A DNA stretch of 50,617 bases from an uncultured archaeon (GTDB taxonomy: Archaea; Nanobdellota; Nanobdellia; Pacearchaeales; GW2011-AR1). Location: assembly GCA_903828655.1 (NCBI GenBank), contig CAIKMX010000023.1, positions 1-50,617 on the forward strand, in the 5' to 3' direction. Numbering within the stretch: position 1 is the stretch's first letter; the number at the start of each line of letters is the position of its first letter. Positions 49,355-50,617 of this stretch are shown one piece after another. A program made the translations under genes and the position numbers. Below the pieces are notes generated by a model, which searched no databases, had not been told where the DNA came from, and saw only the letters and a list, made by a program, of their open reading frames with translations.

Positions 49355-49641
49355 CTTTCGCAATAGATGAAGAATTGAACAAAGAAATAAAAAAGTTTCT
49401 ATGGCTGAATCTATCCGCATTAGTTAAACAGGAGTTATTGAGAAGACATGAATTGCTTGAGAAATTAAAGAAACAGCTGAATTCAAAAGAAGAACAGGAC
49501 TTAGTCAGATGGTCTGTTGAACTTGGAAGAAGAGCAAAAAAAGGAAGATTCAAAAAACTACTATCTGAGCTTTCTCCTGAAAAAAGAGAAGAATTACTAA
49601 GATCTATATCTTCTGAAAAAAAAGAAAAATTATTAAACTAA
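49342..49641 (+). CDS. Second RHH-like antitoxin candidate (VapB-like)
   Basis: ITFAIDEELNKEIKKF strand-helix start followed by a charged helical tail. 99 aa, directly upstream of the PIN gene. Confidence 0.5.
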   Translation: MASITFAIDEELNKEIKKFLWLNLSALVKQELLRRHELLEKLKKQLNSKEEQDLVRWSVELGRRAKKGRFKKLLSELSPEKREELLRSISSEKKEKLLN

Positions 49642-49659
49642 TTCTTCCTAACGAGTAAA

Positions 49660-50076
49660 ATGAGGGTGATATTAGATAATAACATATTCTTTTCATTAAT
49701 GAACCCTAACTCGGTAGCTTCATATATATTCTCAATTATGGATGTTGACTTCTTTGCTCCCGAGTACATAAAACAGGAGTTAAAAGAGCATAGAGAAGAG
49801 TGCATGATTAAATCCAAACTCTCAGAGCATGAATTTGAGCTTAGGCAGACAGAGGTTGAAGAACTTATTAAGTTCATTAAATCTTCAGACTATGAAAATT
49901 TTCTTAAACAATCCGCAGACTTAATATCGGACATTGATGATATTGATTTTCTGGCATTGGCACTATCACTTAATGCTTCAATCTGGTCCAACGACCAGCA
50001 TCTTAGAGAACAATCATTAGTTGAGGTATACAAAACAGAAGATTTATTTAACATGATGTTGAATAAGGGATTATAA
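49660..50076 (+). CDS. PIN-domain (VapC-like) toxin
   Basis: MRVILDNNIFF (first acidic residue), E at about position 40, and DDIDFLALALSLNASIWSNDQH (distal acidic residues). 138 aa. Confidence 0.7.
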   Translation: MRVILDNNIFFSLMNPNSVASYIFSIMDVDFFAPEYIKQELKEHREECMIKSKLSEHEFELRQTEVEELIKFIKSSDYENFLKQSADLISDIDDIDFLALALSLNASIWSNDQHLREQSLVEVYKTEDLFNMMLNKGL

Positions 50077-50204
50077 GCTCTCTCCCAGAACTCTCTTCAC
50101 AACTTCAGTTCAAGCCCGCTTTGCTTTGTTCTTCCAGCCATCCTTCTCTTTCCAAGTACAGCAAGACCAATTCCGCCGATTAGAACAGATATGAAATAAG
50201 TATC

Positions 50205-50537
50205 TCAATTACTTCTTATCTTCTCAATTTCTCTTTTAAGATGAGGCAAATCCTTTTCCAATACATTCCAAACTCTTTCTAAATCCACACCAAAATAATG
50301 ATGCACTAGTTTGTCTCTAAATCCTGCAATAAGCCTCCATTCAACAGCCCCATATTTATTTTTAAAATCCTCAGAAAGATTTTTACTTGCCTCCCCTATA
50401 ACTTCCAGTTCTCTAATAATCGCGCTTTGTCTCATCTTGTCTCCTATAATCTCTTCTTTAGAGACTCCCTTCGAAAATTCTTCTATATTTTTTATAGAAT
50501 CCAAAATATGCCCTATGAATATCATATCGTCTTTCAT
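50205..50537 (-). CDS. HEPN (DUF86/HepT-like) toxin
   Basis: RDKLVHHY is the Rx4-6H HEPN motif. 110 aa. The ATG overlaps the stop of the upstream partial gene. Confidence 0.8.
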   Translation of the reverse strand: MKDDMIFIGHILDSIKNIEEFSKGVSKEEIIGDKMRQSAIIRELEVIGEASKNLSEDFKNKYGAVEWRLIAGFRDKLVHHYFGVDLERVWNVLEKDLPHLKREIEKIRSN

Positions 50538-50617
50538 ATTATTCTAGCCTCCTCTTTCAAAACCCTTTCTCTTAAAAGAGGATGCAAGGCAGAATACTCT
50601 ACTAAATCTACTTTCTT
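50534..50617 (-). CDS. Nucleotidyltransferase (MNT-like) antitoxin, C-terminal fragment cut by the window edge
   Basis: Minus frame reads ..KKVDLVEYSALHPLLRERVLKEEARII*, with its TGA overlapping the HEPN ATG. This is a typical MNT C-terminus and a typical MNT-HEPN gene order. Confidence 0.6.
   Translation of the reverse strand, partial: KKVDLVEYSALHPLLRERVLKEEARII

Noticed and set aside
50077-50204. The spacer between the PIN and HEPN genes, as a possible small gene or RNA.
   Set aside because: Only short broken frames were found. There is no repeat module, promoter-like box or convincing structure.

Overview
This is an AT-rich archaeal chromosome segment (roughly one-third G+C by eye). Genes are small and tightly packed, mostly on the minus strand, and TAA, TAG and TGA all act as stops. 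Gene content and reduced protein sizes suggest a DPANN-type archaeon. All calls come from reading motifs in the ORF track and the DNA; no database search was run.

Core content:
- The conserved block rpoH-rpoB-rpoA-L30e-nusA-S12-S7-EF2-EF1alpha (2.9-16.0 kb).
- A dNTP-supply locus (16.4-22.5 kb): a ThyA-like / ParB-Srx-like / HAD operon converging on nrdR-nrdJ.
- RFC small and large subunits with an unknown ORF wedged between them.
- Five tRNA genes. Gln has an apparent non-canonical D-arm intron and Arg a canonical 44-nt intron. EndA and RNase Z lie nearby.
- GlyRS, S17e, Alba, a likely L41e missed by the ORF track, an Sm protein, a HIT protein, a PP-loop tRNA thiolase-like enzyme and a ParA/MinD ATPase.
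- A free-standing LAGLIDADG endonuclease overlapping tRNA-Met.
- Three toxin-antitoxin loci, one with an inactivated RelE.
- A 6-kb operon for two paralogous surface/membrane proteins plus a 1140-aa internally repetitive coiled-coil protein.

The most unusual signal is non-coding. Most intergenic spacers are built from the same small set of co-oriented repeat modules, here called A-F. Module C is a hairpin with a conserved loop and fully compensatory stem replacements across about 10 copies. Module F nests inside other modules and occurs once in frame inside a CDS. Several modules start within 0-8 nt of stop codons. Small Arg-rich orphan ORFs sit between repeat blocks in a cassette-like way. 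I could not assign this family to any known element from the sequence alone.
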